DNA of 64,000 nt from Endomicrobiales bacterium (GCA_963794945.1 CAWCFT010000011.1:32001-96000); one strand, 5' to 3'. Positions 32,002 through 44,634 are shown, numbered from the stretch's first letter. Translations and numbers: made by a program. Notes: generated by a model from the letters alone, not told the origin.

Positions 32002-32406
32002 CTATTTACCTGCTGAATCAAGTGCCTGGTTCGCCAACTTGTCGGCTAGCTTATTTTGCTCACGAGGAACGTACTTGAACTCAACTTTCTCAAAATCCGA
32101 CAGCAGTGCTTTGGCCTGCCCAAACAATACTGCGAGATTTTCATCCCGCACACGCCACTGCCCATTCATTTGATGGACAACCAGATCGGAATCAAGACGA
32201 AAGCTTATGCTGCACGGGACATACTTCTTAGCCACTTTAAGTCCGGCGATAAGCGCCTTGTATTCGGCTGTGTTATTAGTTGTATCACCGATACATTCTT
32301 TATATTCTTCAATAACAGTTTTTTCTTCGTTAAAGACCACTACTCCGATAGCCGCCGGGCCCGGGTTTCCCCTAGCCGCACCATCGGTAAATATCTCAAG
32401 TTTCAT
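32002..32406 (-). CDS. rnhA: Ribonuclease HI (archaeal/YpdQ-like type)
   Basis: 'FTDGAARGNPG', 'TNNTAEY', 'DSDLV', 'NKLADKLAN'. Confidence 0.92.
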   Translation of the reverse strand: MKLEIFTDGAARGNPGPAAIGVVVFNEEKTVIEEYKECIGDTTNNTAEYKALIAGLKVAKKYVPCSISFRLDSDLVVHQMNGQWRVRDENLAVLFGQAKALLSDFEKVEFKYVPREQNKLADKLANQALDSAGK

Positions 32407-33110
32407 TTTTTAAATAGTATCCTTGAACAGCTGTCGCACATGACAAGGTCTTTATGCTTGCACACGTCGTTTATTATGGCAGGCCTAAGGGTCATGTGGC
32501 ACCCTCCGCAGTTCTCGCCTTCCACAGGGACAACAGCTACTCCCTGCCTGCTCTCCCTGATATAATCATACTTGCTTAGTAGATCTATAGGCAGCTGGCC
32601 TGCGAATTCATTGCGCTGCGCCTCGAACACTGCGAGTTCGCCTTCGATCTTCTTCTGTTCTTCCTGCAGTGAAACTATTTTTGAAGCGGATTCAGCTTCC
32701 TTAGACTTCAACACCTTTTCATTCTCTTTAATAACCAGCCCTTCTTTTTCGATAGCTTCCATAACATCGAGTATCTGGTTTTCAAGGGCGTTCTTTTCTT
32801 TCTTATCGTTATCGATCTCTGTAAGCAGCGCCCTGTAAGAATCATTAGATTTTATGGCGTTGAGCTCGGATGAATGTTTTCTTATAAGCTGTTCTTTGCT
32901 GTCAAGTTCCAGTTCTTTCTCTTTCTTTGCCATTTGTAATTTAACAAGATTTTTCTTTTTTTCTTCCGTCTCCAGCTTGATGTTAGCGATGAAAGCTCTT
33001 TCTTCTTCGATCTTCACGGGGATATCCTGTGCCTTGGCACGCATTGCGTCAAGCGCGACATCTTTTTCCTGAAGCCCGATCAGAAGCGTTATTCTCTCTT
33101 TGATTTCCAT
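32403..33110 (-). CDS. Coiled-coil C4 zinc-ribbon protein (CT398/HP0958-like)
   Basis: Long coiled coil plus 'CGGCHM...CDSCSRIL'. Confidence 0.9.
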   Translation of the reverse strand: MEIKERITLLIGLQEKDVALDAMRAKAQDIPVKIEEERAFIANIKLETEEKKKNLVKLQMAKKEKELELDSKEQLIRKHSSELNAIKSNDSYRALLTEIDNDKKEKNALENQILDVMEAIEKEGLVIKENEKVLKSKEAESASKIVSLQEEQKKIEGELAVFEAQRNEFAGQLPIDLLSKYDYIRESRQGVAVVPVEGENCGGCHMTLRPAIINDVCKHKDLVMCDSCSRILFKK

Positions 33111-33125
33111 GTTTCTCCGCCGTTC

Positions 33126-33200
33126 TGGTGGGTAGTACAGGATTTGAACCTGTGACCACTCGCGTGTGAGGCGAGTGCTCTTCCGCTGAGCTAACTACCC
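33126..33200 (-). tRNA. tRNA-Val(CAC)
   Basis: Cloverleaf, anticodon arm CTCGC-CT-CAC-AC-GCGAG, CCA encoded. Confidence 0.95.
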
Positions 33201-33270
33201 TCGATTATTTGATGATGATTATACCATGTTTTGACATGACGGTCAATATATGAAAAACCGTGCGAGGCCA

Positions 33271-34260
33271 CTATCTTTTGCACAAGAAATGCCAATATGG
33301 TATATTTTCTGAAACTAATACATCAGAGAAATATTCTTTAAGTGCAAGTATCTGCTTGCGTGTCACACGCTGTTCTATCCTTGTAAAGAACCTGTCGTAA
33401 ACGTCCTGTTCGATCCTTCCCGGAGTTTTATCTTTATAAAAATCGTACAACGGCACAACGCGCGAAAGGCCAACAGGCCTTAACATTTTGCCTATCAGAA
33501 CAAGCGGCATATAGATCATGTAGGTCCCGGCAAGAGAAAATATCTTTCGGAATAGCTTATTTTGAACTCGGCACAATATTGAACGTATGATCGTCACAAG
33601 CTTTAGTATTAGCCTAAAATGCAGAGGCCTGTTATCAAGCGCATAGTACAGGAATACAAGCAGCTCCTGGGCAAATTTACCCAGATGCTTGACTTCTTCA
33701 AGGCACGGTGTTGGAAGGTGGTGAAGCACCCCGAGAGAGAAAAGAAAATCCGCAAAATCAGCCCTGAAAGGAAGTTTCTTCAGGTCGCACATGAAAAATA
33801 TACAATTGTCTTTTCCCTTCAGATTCTCCCTCGCCACAAAGATAGAATCGGAAAAATCAACAAGTACAATTTCTCCTGCGAATCCCGAAAGAAAATAGCT
33901 CCATCGGCCCATGCCGCAACCGATATCCGCGCATCTTTTACCTATAAGAGTTTCCGGAGGAGTAAGGTCAAAATACTGGTGGAATTCTTTTTCATGTTCG
34001 GGAAGCAGGCGCGAGTAACTTTTCCACTCTTCTCCGAATGTAGATTGTATGTCCCGGGCAATGTTTGAACTTCCCCCGCTTTCTGCTGACAAAAGCCTGT
34101 GTTTGACTAAATCGGTGTACTCTGAAGGTTCACACAACACAATCACATCGTCCAGAACCGGATATCGCCTTCCACAGGAAAAAAAGAAGCCGTCCTTGAA
34201 GGCGGCTTTTTTATCTGCAAAAATATCCCTTAGTGTTTCCAGTTTATTATCGTAATACAT
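33271..34260 (-). CDS. Class I SAM-dependent methyltransferase
   Basis: 'DIGCGMGR', 'SLGVLHHLP'. Confidence 0.88.
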   Translation of the reverse strand: MYYDNKLETLRDIFADKKAAFKDGFFFSCGRRYPVLDDVIVLCEPSEYTDLVKHRLLSAESGGSSNIARDIQSTFGEEWKSYSRLLPEHEKEFHQYFDLTPPETLIGKRCADIGCGMGRWSYFLSGFAGEIVLVDFSDSIFVARENLKGKDNCIFFMCDLKKLPFRADFADFLFSLGVLHHLPTPCLEEVKHLGKFAQELLVFLYYALDNRPLHFRLILKLVTIIRSILCRVQNKLFRKIFSLAGTYMIYMPLVLIGKMLRPVGLSRVVPLYDFYKDKTPGRIEQDVYDRFFTRIEQRVTRKQILALKEYFSDVLVSENIPYWHFLCKR

Positions 34261-34267
34261 TGCCGTA

Positions 34268-37200
34268 TTATACCATTTTGTCGCCTTTACAGTCTATCGT
34301 CCTATCTTTAGGCCTGTGAAATATTCTTCTCATCCATAAGCGGAATATATCAACATAACCATAGACAGCCGGTACAACGACTAGCGTGAGAACCGTTGAA
34401 CTGACAAGCCCGCCGATAATTGCTACTCCCATGCTCTGCCTGGATTTACCTACTTCAGTAAGCCCCATCGCCAGAGGCATCATGCCAGCGATAAGTGCGA
34501 ACGTGGTCATAAGTATGGGGCGCAGCCTTGTAATCCCAGCTTTTATAAGCGCCTCTTCCTGCGTTATGCCGGTACACTCAAGTTTCTGTGTCAGGTCAAC
34601 TAGCAATATGGAATTTTTTGTCGTAAGGCCCAGAAGCATTATGAAACCTATCATCGTGAACAACGATATAGTCTGGCCACCGATATAGAGCGCGACAAGC
34701 CCTCCTACTATGGCAAGCGGAAGGGCGACCATAATTGTAAACGGCACAAGTATTGACTCATAAAGGCTCGCAAGAACCAGGTAAATGAATATCACCGAAA
34801 GCCCAGCTGCTATCATCATGTTCGTCATAAGGTCTTGAAAGTCTTCTGAAGACCCATGAAATTCATAAGTTATTCCTTCTGGAAATTTTTCCTTCATAAG
34901 TATCTTTTTTGCGTCAGCCGTAATATTTCCTATGGCGCCGTTCTTGTCAAGATTGCCGGTTATCGCAACGTACCTGCTCCTGTCCCGCCTGAATATTTTT
35001 GACGGGCCTGTGGTGACAAGCGATTCCGCGACATTTTTAACCCTTATAAGCTGGTTATTTACGTTCGGAACGTAAAGCTCGTTGAAATCCTTTTCTAAAT
35101 CTCTCTGCGGCTCGTCAAGCCGGACACGTATATCATATTCCTGATTCTCTTCGCGGTATTTCGCCGGTGTATTGCCCTCAACCATTCCCCTCAGTTCCAT
35201 GCCTGCAAGAATGGACAACACTCCAAGCTTTTGCAGTTTTTTAGGGTCCATTTGCACCTGGAACTCGGGCTTGCCGGGCCTGTAGTTTGTTTGAATGTCC
35301 ACTAGCCCGCGTATCACACTCAGCTTGGGCACAATGCTGTTGGCTACGGCCGAAACTTTTTCGGTATCATCGCCTTTTATCAGCAAGAAAAACGGTGACT
35401 CATTTGCCCCGGACATCGTTATATCGCCTATCTGCGGCAATAAAATGTCTTTGTAAGGCATGAGCATCTTTCTGACATATTCCTTCATATCACTGGTTGA
35501 CCTTGAACGCTTGGACGTATCGACCATCCTGACGAACAGCGAAGCCGTATTACTTTCGCCGTTTGAGTTCCCAACGGTGACAAGTACCGTTTCTATATCT
35601 TTTTCTTTACGTATCATCGAATCGGCCATTTTTGCGTAATAGGTCATTTTATCTAGCGACGTACCGGGTGCGGCCTCAAGATAAACCATAAACTCGCCCC
35701 ACTCGTTATTGGGCATGAACGTGACGGGAATGCCTTTCGTCAAAGTAAGCGAACCGAAAAATATTAAAAGCGCCGCAAAAAGAACTCCAAGCTTGTGCCT
35801 CAGGGTAAAATGCATTACCCTTTCGTAAAATACTGTCAGCCAATCCTGGAATTTTCCAAACATAGCCGCCGGAGCATGAATTACCGCGCCCAGGCCCGTA
35901 TAATCCGAGTCTTTCTTTATCTTGCCTATCAGGTAAGCTGAAAGCATCGGCGCTGTGGTTAACGCATCAAAAAGCGAAATGCTCATCGCAAATACTACGG
36001 TCAACCCGAAAGATTTGAAGAACTGCCCAATAATTCCCTGAAGGAATGCGACAGGCAAAAATACCGAGATAACGGCCAGCGTTCGTGGCTATTACCGCCA
36101 GGCGCACCTCATCAGTGCCGTTCTGGGCGGCAGCCATGGCCGTCTCGCCGTTTTCAATGTGCCTGAAGATATTCTCACGCACAACTATGGCGTCGTCTAT
36201 CAAAAGCCCCACTACAAGCGAAAGTGCCATAAGCGTTAGCATATTTATGCTGAAACCGGCCATCGCCATGAAAATAAACGCGCCTATAAGGCTGTTGGGC
36301 AGCGCCACGGCCGTGATGAAGGTCGAACGGAAGTTGCCGAGGAACAAATAGACAACCAGCACCGCAAGCAGTATACCCTCAAAAATCGTATTTCTTACGT
36401 CTTCTATGTTCATCCTTATGGGCCTTGCGCCATCGCGAACCATAACCAGCTTTGGAGAGCCCTTCATGTCTTTCATTGTTTTGTTAAGCGCGGTAACACG
36501 CTTGATAACCGCGTCCGAAACTTCAACGGTGTTCGATTTTGACTGCTTATAAACGTTTATAACGAGAGCCGGAGTACCGTTCAAAAAGCCGCGCGACTGT
36601 TCATCTTCGCTGCCGTCGGTCACTTTGCCCACCTGGTCTATGGTCACGGGCACGTCGCTTCCAAAAAAGTTTACCACCACGTCCTTTATCTGTTTTATTG
36701 AGTGGTACTCGCCTATGCTCCTGAACGACAGCTCCTTGGAACCCGTCGAGACCTTGCCTATAGGTATGTTCTGGCTCGACTGGGCTATGCGGTTGGAAAC
36801 CATGGTAAGGCTGGTCTCGTAATCTTTAAGTTTACGTTGGTCAAGGTCAACATGTATCTCGCGTTTGGTGCCGCCGACTATCTCAACTTCTCCTACGTCC
36901 GCCGCTTGCTCAAGCTTGTTCCTGACAGTTATATCAGCCAGGTCGTAAAGTTCAGTAGGGCTCATTTTCCCTGTAAGAGAAAGTATCATGACGGCCTGAT
37001 CTGAGGGATCGAACTTCTTTATTACAGGCTCCTTAATATCAGTGGGAAGGTCATTGCGTATCGCGGCGACTTTATCCCTCACCTGCTGTTCGGCATATTT
37101 GGGGTCAGTTTCAAGAGTAAACTCTCCGAGGACAATTGAAACGCCGTCCTGGCTGGTAGAATCCACGTATTTCAAGCCCGCTATTGAGCTTATCTCTGTT

Positions 37201-37403
37201 TCAATTTTTTTTGTTATGAGTGTTTCTATTTCTTTTGGGCCGGCACCAGGATAAGCAGTGGTCACGGAAATAAACGGAAAGTTTACGTCCGGGAACATGT
37301 CTACCGGCAGCCTTTGCATCATTATAAAACCGACCACAAGCATTGCCACTATTATGGCAGTGATGAACGTCGGCCTTCGGATAGCTATTTTTGCTAGATT
37401 CAT
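34268..37403 (-). CDS. RND (AcrB/AcrF) efflux permease, +1 frameshift near 36083
   Basis: 'GLLIDDAIVVRENI', 'KNSILLVD', 'RLRPILMT'. Confidence 0.93.
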
Positions 37404-37416
37404 TCAAATCTCCAAA

Positions 37417-38872
37417 TTATTTATTTACTATAGGTTTTGTATTGTACAATTCAGCTTGGGCAAGGGTCATTATCTCTTCAAATACTGTGCGGTAAACGCT
37501 CAGCATAGCATCGTCCAGGTCATTTTCGGCGCTTAGCAAAAGAAAGGTCGTAGTCCTACCTTTTTCGAACTTCTTCTGCTCGGACTTAACGCGGTCATCC
37601 TGTATCCTCATTATGTCCTTGGAAAGCTCAAGCCTTGACTTCACATTAGACCACGTGGTTCGGAGCTGGTCCCAATCGTTCTGCGCAGAAGTAATTGCGG
37701 ATCTGAATGACTCCTTTGATGAAGCAAAATCGTTATTATAGCCTTTTTTAACCTTTGTAAGAGTTTTGTAATCTAGCGGGACTATAAACGATAATCCGAG
37801 CGTATAAGTTGGTTTATCTTGGGAAGTCAGCTGGCTCCACGCGTTCTGAATACGCCAAGCCCAACCCATTAAGCGCGTAGGAAGCATTAAAACTCAGTTC
37901 CGGCATGGCGCGGTATTTTGTTTCTTTGTCAGCGAATTCGCTCGAGCGGTAAGTGGATTCCGCGGCCAGCACATCGGCGCGTTTTCCATTACAGACAAGC
38001 TTATCTATCTGAGAAAAAGCCGTCACTTTATCCGAAATCTTTTCGAGGTCTTCACTTACAGTGTCGCTTTTTAACCCGAGCATCTGGTTAAATGTTCTCG
38101 AGGCTTTTACCTCGTCTTCCTGCGCTAGCTGTAGGTTGAGCTGGCGAAGCCTGAATGCTGCCTGCGATTCTAGGAGGTCGCTTTGTTCTATAAGATCAAG
38201 TTTTATCTTATTCTCATTCCATTTAAGCAGTTTGTCCGCCCTGTCCAGCGATGCTTTGCGAAAATCCCTAACCTCACGGTCCAGAGCGAGGTTCCAGTAA
38301 GCGCCACGGGCTGAAAGCAGCAACTGCTGTTTCCTATACAACAGCATATATTGCCCAGCAAGCACGGACGACTTCGCCTTGTCTATCCCGGCCTGCGTGA
38401 GGCCAGCGTTAAAGTCCCGTAATAACGACTGATTGAGACTTAATGTTGGTGTGAGCTGATAGCCCGAAAAACTTGAATAATTCGTTCCAAGGTAATTGAA
38501 CGGCGACAGCAGGCTGAAATCCGCGCCCATATACGTATAGCCTAGGCTTACGTTAGTACCCGTCCTGAATTTTTCGGAAGCGTTGAGTGACAATTCATTG
38601 GCCTTTAACTCATCAGTTGCGAGGTACGAGCCAAAGCCGGGCCCGGACCTGTCGTCAACCCTGGTATAACTTCCTGACACAAAAGGAGAATAAACCATAT
38701 CCGCCTCAAGCACTTTCTGCCAAGCAGCTTCGATGGAGAGGTTTACGGCTATGATATCAGGATTTTCTGATTCTACACGCTGGAGATAGTTATCAAGCGT
38801 TACTATGTCGGCATGTGATACAGCAGGCGAAACTACAATAGCACAAACAAGCATGAGCAATATTTTCTTCAT
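37417..38872 (-). CDS. TolC family outer membrane factor, +1 frameshift near 37845
   Basis: Signal peptide and two OEP repeats ('KFEKGRTTTFLLLSAEND'). Confidence 0.85.
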
Positions 38873-38900
38873 TAGTGTTTATATCCTTTACTGTAAGTTC

Positions 38901-39491
38901 TTATCTCGCAAGGCCGTTCATTAATATCTTCAGCACTAGTTCTGTATCAGCTGACTCATCATCACATTCATCATTAAACGCTTTATGGGCAAATATCGAT
39001 GTAACCGACAGTATAATTGATGCGACAACCTTAGAAGGATAGTTCTTAAATTCCTTATCTTTTATCCCTTTATCAATTATACGGCTCATCGATTCAGTGA
39101 TCTTATGAAACCGCGCCTGCATCTCCGCGTGGACTTTACCCTTAGGAGCCTGGGACTCCTCGCGGATCGATAGAAAAAGATGCTTGTTCTCTTTTAAGAA
39201 CTTACTCATCTGTTCAAGCAGTATAGAAAGTTGTTTTGAGGCATGGATATCAAGCTTATGGACATCGTCAATAACAGCTATAAACCTGTCTATCAGGCTG
39301 AAAACTACCGAACTATAGAGCTCATCCTTGTTTTTAAAATATAAATATATCGTGCCTTTGGCAATACCGGCATACTTCGCTATCTCGTTTACCGGGCATT
39401 TATAATAGACCTTTTTGTTCAGCACTTTAACTGCGCAGTCGAGTATCTCGCGTTTCCTGATCTGCGGGTCCCAATTCTTAGATTTGGACAT
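38901..39491 (-). CDS. TetR/AcrR family regulator
   Basis: 'EIAKYAGIAKGTIYLYFKNKDEL'; GAGAGG RBS before ATG 39491. Confidence 0.92.
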   Translation of the reverse strand: MSKSKNWDPQIRKREILDCAVKVLNKKVYYKCPVNEIAKYAGIAKGTIYLYFKNKDELYSSVVFSLIDRFIAVIDDVHKLDIHASKQLSILLEQMSKFLKENKHLFLSIREESQAPKGKVHAEMQARFHKITESMSRIIDKGIKDKEFKNYPSKVVASIILSVTSIFAHKAFNDECDDESADTELVLKILMNGLAR

Positions 39492-39521
39492 TGAAATAAC
39501 CTCTCTATTGACAACACAGTA

Positions 39522-39569
39522 AATGACTGACTGGTTAGTCATTATACATTCGTACACAACTTTTGTCAA
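39522..39569 (-). promoter_or_regulatory. Consensus promoter with overlapping TetR-type operator
   Basis: TTGACA-N17-TATAAT (39541-39569); palindrome AATGACT-N8-AGTCATT (39522-39543). Confidence 0.8.
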
Positions 39570-39702
39570 GCACTACTAACAAATATATGATATTATAATT
39601 TGAAAATGAATATAAGTACGTTCAGGGCATATAGCGATTAAGTGAATATTGTTCGCTGGTCTACTGCATACCTTAAGAACTGATAATAGGTTTTAATAAA
39701 TC

Positions 39703-39739
39703 AAAAAGGCTTCCTGCTGTTCGAAGCAGGAAGCCTTTT
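39703..39739. terminator. Intrinsic terminator after the TonB receptor
   Basis: aaaaggcttcctgct-gttcga-agcaggaagcctttt. Confidence 0.85.
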
Positions 39740-39771
39740 CTTATTACCTTACTACTTGTTCTGAAGTTATT

Positions 39772-42004
39772 TTACATACCGAACTTATAGCTGAGCTTTG
39801 CACCCATTGAGAAGCCTTCGGCATAATAGTATCCGCCAGCATCCACCAAAGGAACTTCCGCTTTTTCGTTATCCAGCAAGTTATTGACGAACACAGATGC
39901 GGTTAACGCTTTGTTCCCTAAAAGATTCTTGAAGAGAACATTGACGTCTACAAAGCCCGCGAACGGAATCGACTCATAGACTGAATTCGTTGCGGTGGTA
40001 CCCGCTGTCTTGAGCATGTATCCATTGCCAAAACCATTCACATGAACATTTAGGACAATGTCTTTACTGCAGTTAATATCAGTGCCAACGTTGAACGTTG
40101 TGTAGGGGAAAGCACAGACGTTCTTGCTGTTATCATACAATGCGCCGCCCTGCAGTGTTGTTGTATAGTTACCGATATTCCACACAAAACTATCAACCTG
40201 CGCGCTGAAGATCTGCGAAACGTTTCCGTAAACGTCAACTTTATCGCTGAATTTCTTCTTCGCGTCAATCTCTACGCCGATACTCGTAATGTCGTTAGCG
40301 TTAACTGTCGAAAGCCTGTCTACCATGCCTGGGGTGACTGCACCCAGTGGCGTAAAAGCGCCGCTGTAATTGAAATAGTGCTTCATTATTGTTTCATAGA
40401 AATCTATACTGCCACTGAATGTTTTTGTATTGTACATGTAATCCAAGTCATGCGTATATACCTCTTCGGCTTGATCTGCGCCGATCTGGTCATAATTACC
40501 ACCGTTGGGCAATGGAGTACCATTTCCCTGGCTGGGATCGAGATATTTTGTAGGCGTTTGACCAAAGTAACCCACGCCTGCTTCAGGGCGGACATAGCCG
40601 GTGTTATAGCAGTATTTGAGGGTTGAACTCTTGTCAAAATTATAGATTCCTGCAACTCTGGGCAGGTACGCCGTCTTGTTCTCAAGCAGGTTATCATTAT
40701 CCGCGCGGAGGCCGAGTATAATATCCAGCTTGTCGGTAGCTTTCCAATCGTTTTCAATGAATGCAGCGAAATCCTTGTCATAATCGTTAGGAAGAGCTAT
40801 AAGCGCTAAATTTCCGTTATTGGTAAGGCTCGTTGGAAGCGAGGCGAAATTAAGGCCGTTATACGTAATTATCGGGTCAATGTTGGTCATGACGCCGCGT
40901 AAGCCGTATTTCAGCGTGTCTACATCTTTAAACTTCTGAGTGAACAGCATGTCAAGCCCAATTTTCTGTTCTTTTGACAAGCTTTCTTCATCCATGCCTG
41001 TCATTCCGGGAGAGGAAATGAGGTTGAACATATGGTCATCAGTCACAAGGTAATCGGTGAAGAACTTTGTCGTTAAAGAAATACTATCGCTGATCTTTGA
41101 GTCTTGCGCCACTTCAACATATGTCGTTTCTCTTCTCTGAAAATACTGGGTGTTCGGGTCGGTATTTCTTTGCCAGAGGTCTGTGCTGAGCACATCAGAC
41201 GCGTGGGCGGATATGGTTAAATCATCCATTTTGATCTTGGTATGGAACTCGTAGCTGTTCGGCATTTCGTCGAGAGGAGCAACATGGTCGGCCGGAGGAT
41301 TTCCGCTCTCTGCCCAAGTATAGCCATTTGGATAGATCGCAGTGCCTTTACCGTTAGGAAAACCGTTTTCCTGTGAAACGGTGAAGGAAACCATAGCGCT
41401 TTTGTTCTCGCCGTAACTTTTGCCGTACAATATATTGCCGGTATGCTGGCCGTCATTAGAAGAGGCATCAACGCTTACCTGCAGTCCATTGACATCAGAG
41501 CCGTCTTTGGTAATTATGTTGATGGTAGCAGCTTGCCGCGTCAGTTCCCCAAAGGGTTGAACCAGGGCCTCTGACTATTTCCACCTGTTTCACTTTGTCA
41601 AGAGACGGAAGATACCAATAATTGGAAGGGCCATCCATCGCTATACTGTTTATGCTGTGGCCGTCTATTAAGAATAGGAACGAATTATTAGAATCACCTA
41701 GCAAGCCGTGTGAACCCATAACGGGTTCAGAGTACTGGCGTGTAACAAAAAAACCGGACGTTCTTTCGAACAGTTCCCTAAGTGTCCTGACTCCCATTTT
41801 TTGTATGTCTTCAGCGGTCCAAACTGTGACCACTGACGGAGCTTGTGTAACAGATTCTTCGGATTTACTTGCGGTAACAACTGAGGGGATTTCCATGAAC
41901 AGAAGTGATTCTTCATTTCCGGCAGATTCTACAGCGAACAAACTTGCACTGGCGATCCCGGATATCATTAATCCGGACATAAGCACAGCAAATATTTTTT
42001 TCAT
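39772..42004 (-). CDS. TonB-dependent receptor, +1 frameshift near 41532
   Basis: Signal peptide; plug 'VVTASKSEESVTQAPSVVTV...VEIVRGPGSTLWG'; barrel end 'VFVNNLLD...GAKLSYKF'. Confidence 0.88.
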
Positions 42005-42233
42005 TACCCAGCCTCCTTTAAATTTCTTGGCAAAAACCACAAACACTACTTGCGCTCATGTTCGTTTTGCGTCTACCACCTCCTATTTTAGAAATTATTG
42101 ACTTAAGGATAGAGCGAGTTCAGCAATTTAAATACCAACTAAGCTAATTTAATGATAAATAATATGCAAATGTAAGTTGATTATATAAATATATTCCAAC
42201 TATGTCAAGCCTGATAAAATATTTTTCTGCAAA

Positions 42234-44624
42234 TTAAAATGGAGCATTCTGGGCCGGAGTTTTCTGGACTGTCATTTTATTTATTTGATCAAGTTTCTGT
42301 CTAAGAGTCTGATTGTTTGGGTCTGACTTTAGGGCCTGCTCTATCATTTCTCTGGCATCGGTGTAATCCTTGCTCTCAAAATAAGCTAATCCAAGGTTAG
42401 CCACGGCGGAAACATTCCCGGGGTTGATGGCAAGGGCTTCTTTGTATTCTCCTATTGCTTCGCTAAGCCGCCCTACTGTAAAATAAATATTCGCAAGATA
42501 AAGCCTTGCTTTAAAGCTTTTTGGGTTTATGTCAATAAGCTGTTTACAGTTTTTATACGCTGCCTGCCAGTTCTTTGCCAGTACATTGTCTTCCACCGCC
42601 TTCATAAGTGTATCCCACTCTGCGATCTTTTTATCGGACTCTCCGGTCCTTGCAAGTGATATTTTCAGGTTTTTCCTAGCTACATCAAAATCCGGATCGA
42701 TCTCTAGTGCCTTCCTGTAAGCCTTTATGGACTCTTCATCATTCCCCATTTTCGTGTAAAGATATCCTAGATTGTTCTGAACGTCTTTGTTCGTTGGAAA
42801 GAGATACGCGCATTGAGCGAATAGTTTCAAAGCCGCTTGCTGGTAAAGGCTCTGGTTAGCCAGAAATATGCTTCCGAGCGCGTTATAAGCCTCCAGTGAA
42901 AGAGGATTGATATAAAGCGACCTTGTGTACTCGTCCATTGCCTCATTAAGTTTGCCTGTCTGCGCAAGCACCGTAGCCATGTTAAAATAAATCTCGTCGT
43001 AACCCGCGTTCGCTCTGAGGGATTCCTTATAGAAATAAATAGCTTTTTCCCTGTCACCAGACCTGGCGTAGCAATTAGCGAGCTCATAATTATTGTTCAC
43101 TTCAAAACGCTGATAGCTATGAGCGGCTTCAAGTTCGGGAATAGCTGCCTGTATAAGATTTTTCTTTGATAGTTTAAAACCGTTGAAGTAATGCACTTCT
43201 CCTATAAAACTCTTTGCGTAACGCAGTATCGTAAGAGACCCAAGAATAATAATGGCCCAGACAATTGCTTTTGATAATGAGGATTTCACTTCCAAACTCT
43301 TTTCTTCCTGCTTAGCGAGGCTCGACAGATACCCCAAGTTCCACCAGTAAAGAAAGCCGGGTATAGCGAAATGCAACGAGACGTTTAGCAGGTTATCCGC
43401 CCACATCCCCACAAGAGAAGCGAAAAGACCTACTGCGAGCATCCTTTTCTCGCCGTTCGAATTCTTTATCATAAATAGCGAATAGTACACTATTGCCGCG
43501 AACATCCATAAATAAATCCCGAACCCAACCGTGCCAACCTGCGACCATATCTCCAATATCTCGTTGTGGCAATTATTTGCGTGCGTACGAAATCCTATGT
43601 ATTCCGGCAAAAAGAGATGCCGCCCTTGATAGAAGGGATAGAACAATTCAAAACATCCCCACCCTTTTCCCAAGACAGGCCTTTCGTCAACCATGTGCCA
43701 CGCGCATGACCAGATGAGCTTTCTCTGGTCCCATGCCCCGTAGTAGCCTTCTTTCTTTGACACCGACTCTACCAGCCGCCCGATAACTCCCGGATTATAC
43801 CCCGGAACATTGCTCTTGGGCCAGAATATCATCAATAACATCATCAATCCGAATGGCAATAATATGAATTTCTTTATGTCTTTTAGAACAGTTATTTTTT
43901 CATATTTTATTAGAAAATATGCCACTATACAAAAACTGACAGCACAGCCCAGCCACGAAGACCTTGTCATCGTACAAAGCAAACCTGAAAAATATGTCAG
44001 CATGAATATGAGATAAAATATTTTTTGAGAGAACGACTGGGCCTTTACAAAGAATATGTAACTCACAGGAATAAGAAGCACCAGGTACGAAGAAAGGAAG
44101 TTTGGGTTACCGAAACTTGAAACGCTCCTCCCACCGAACGGGTTGAGCACCTTCGGCCAGAAAAATTCTATGCCCATATACTGCAGTATCGCGTAAAAAG
44201 CCGCGAACCACCCGGCCCAAAAGATAGCCAGCATGAATTTACGCTTACTTTGCTCATCAGAAAAATATGACGGTATGTAATAAACAAGTATGGCGTTAAC
44301 AACAAGGAATAGCCAGTTCTTAAGCCCTTCGCTGAAAATACCGTAGGAGAGATACGGCTCATGAATATTCTCAAAAAACATTGCTACCCATGAAAGCGTC
44401 GCAACGACAAAAAATGCTGCAAGTTGGAGGTCAAACGGAGTTTTTTTGAACGTGAATTTCCCGGACTTCATGCTTGTATAAGCCCATATCATGAATACAA
44501 GCACCGTCAGGCTGTTGGCCAGCACTATCTGGAAATAATAAGGGTTGCGCGTCAGATCGGTAAAAAAGATTAGCGGTGGGACAAACAGCATCAAATAGAT
44601 AAGAAAATTATATACTCGTTTCAT
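42234..44624 (-). CDS. O-antigen ligase/Wzy_C family membrane protein with TPRs
   Basis: 'SSFGNPNF', 'TRSSW', 'GKGWG', 'HNEILE', C-terminal TPRs. Confidence 0.85.
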   Translation of the reverse strand: MKRVYNFLIYLMLFVPPLIFFTDLTRNPYYFQIVLANSLTVLVFMIWAYTSMKSGKFTFKKTPFDLQLAAFFVVATLSWVAMFFENIHEPYLSYGIFSEGLKNWLFLVVNAILVYYIPSYFSDEQSKRKFMLAIFWAGWFAAFYAILQYMGIEFFWPKVLNPFGGRSVSSFGNPNFLSSYLVLLIPVSYIFFVKAQSFSQKIFYLIFMLTYFSGLLCTMTRSSWLGCAVSFCIVAYFLIKYEKITVLKDIKKFILLPFGLMMLLMIFWPKSNVPGYNPGVIGRLVESVSKKEGYYGAWDQRKLIWSCAWHMVDERPVLGKGWGCFELFYPFYQGRHLFLPEYIGFRTHANNCHNEILEIWSQVGTVGFGIYLWMFAAIVYYSLFMIKNSNGEKRMLAVGLFASLVGMWADNLLNVSLHFAIPGFLYWWNLGYLSSLAKQEEKSLEVKSSLSKAIVWAIIILGSLTILRYAKSFIGEVHYFNGFKLSKKNLIQAAIPELEAAHSYQRFEVNNNYELANCYARSGDREKAIYFYKESLRANAGYDEIYFNMATVLAQTGKLNEAMDEYTRSLYINPLSLEAYNALGSIFLANQSLYQQAALKLFAQCAYLFPTNKDVQNNLGYLYTKMGNDEESIKAYRKALEIDPDFDVARKNLKISLARTGESDKKIAEWDTLMKAVEDNVLAKNWQAAYKNCKQLIDINPKSFKARLYLANIYFTVGRLSEAIGEYKEALAINPGNVSAVANLGLAYFESKDYTDAREMIEQALKSDPNNQTLRQKLDQINKMTVQKTPAQNAPF

Positions 44625-44634
44625 TTTGTTAATA

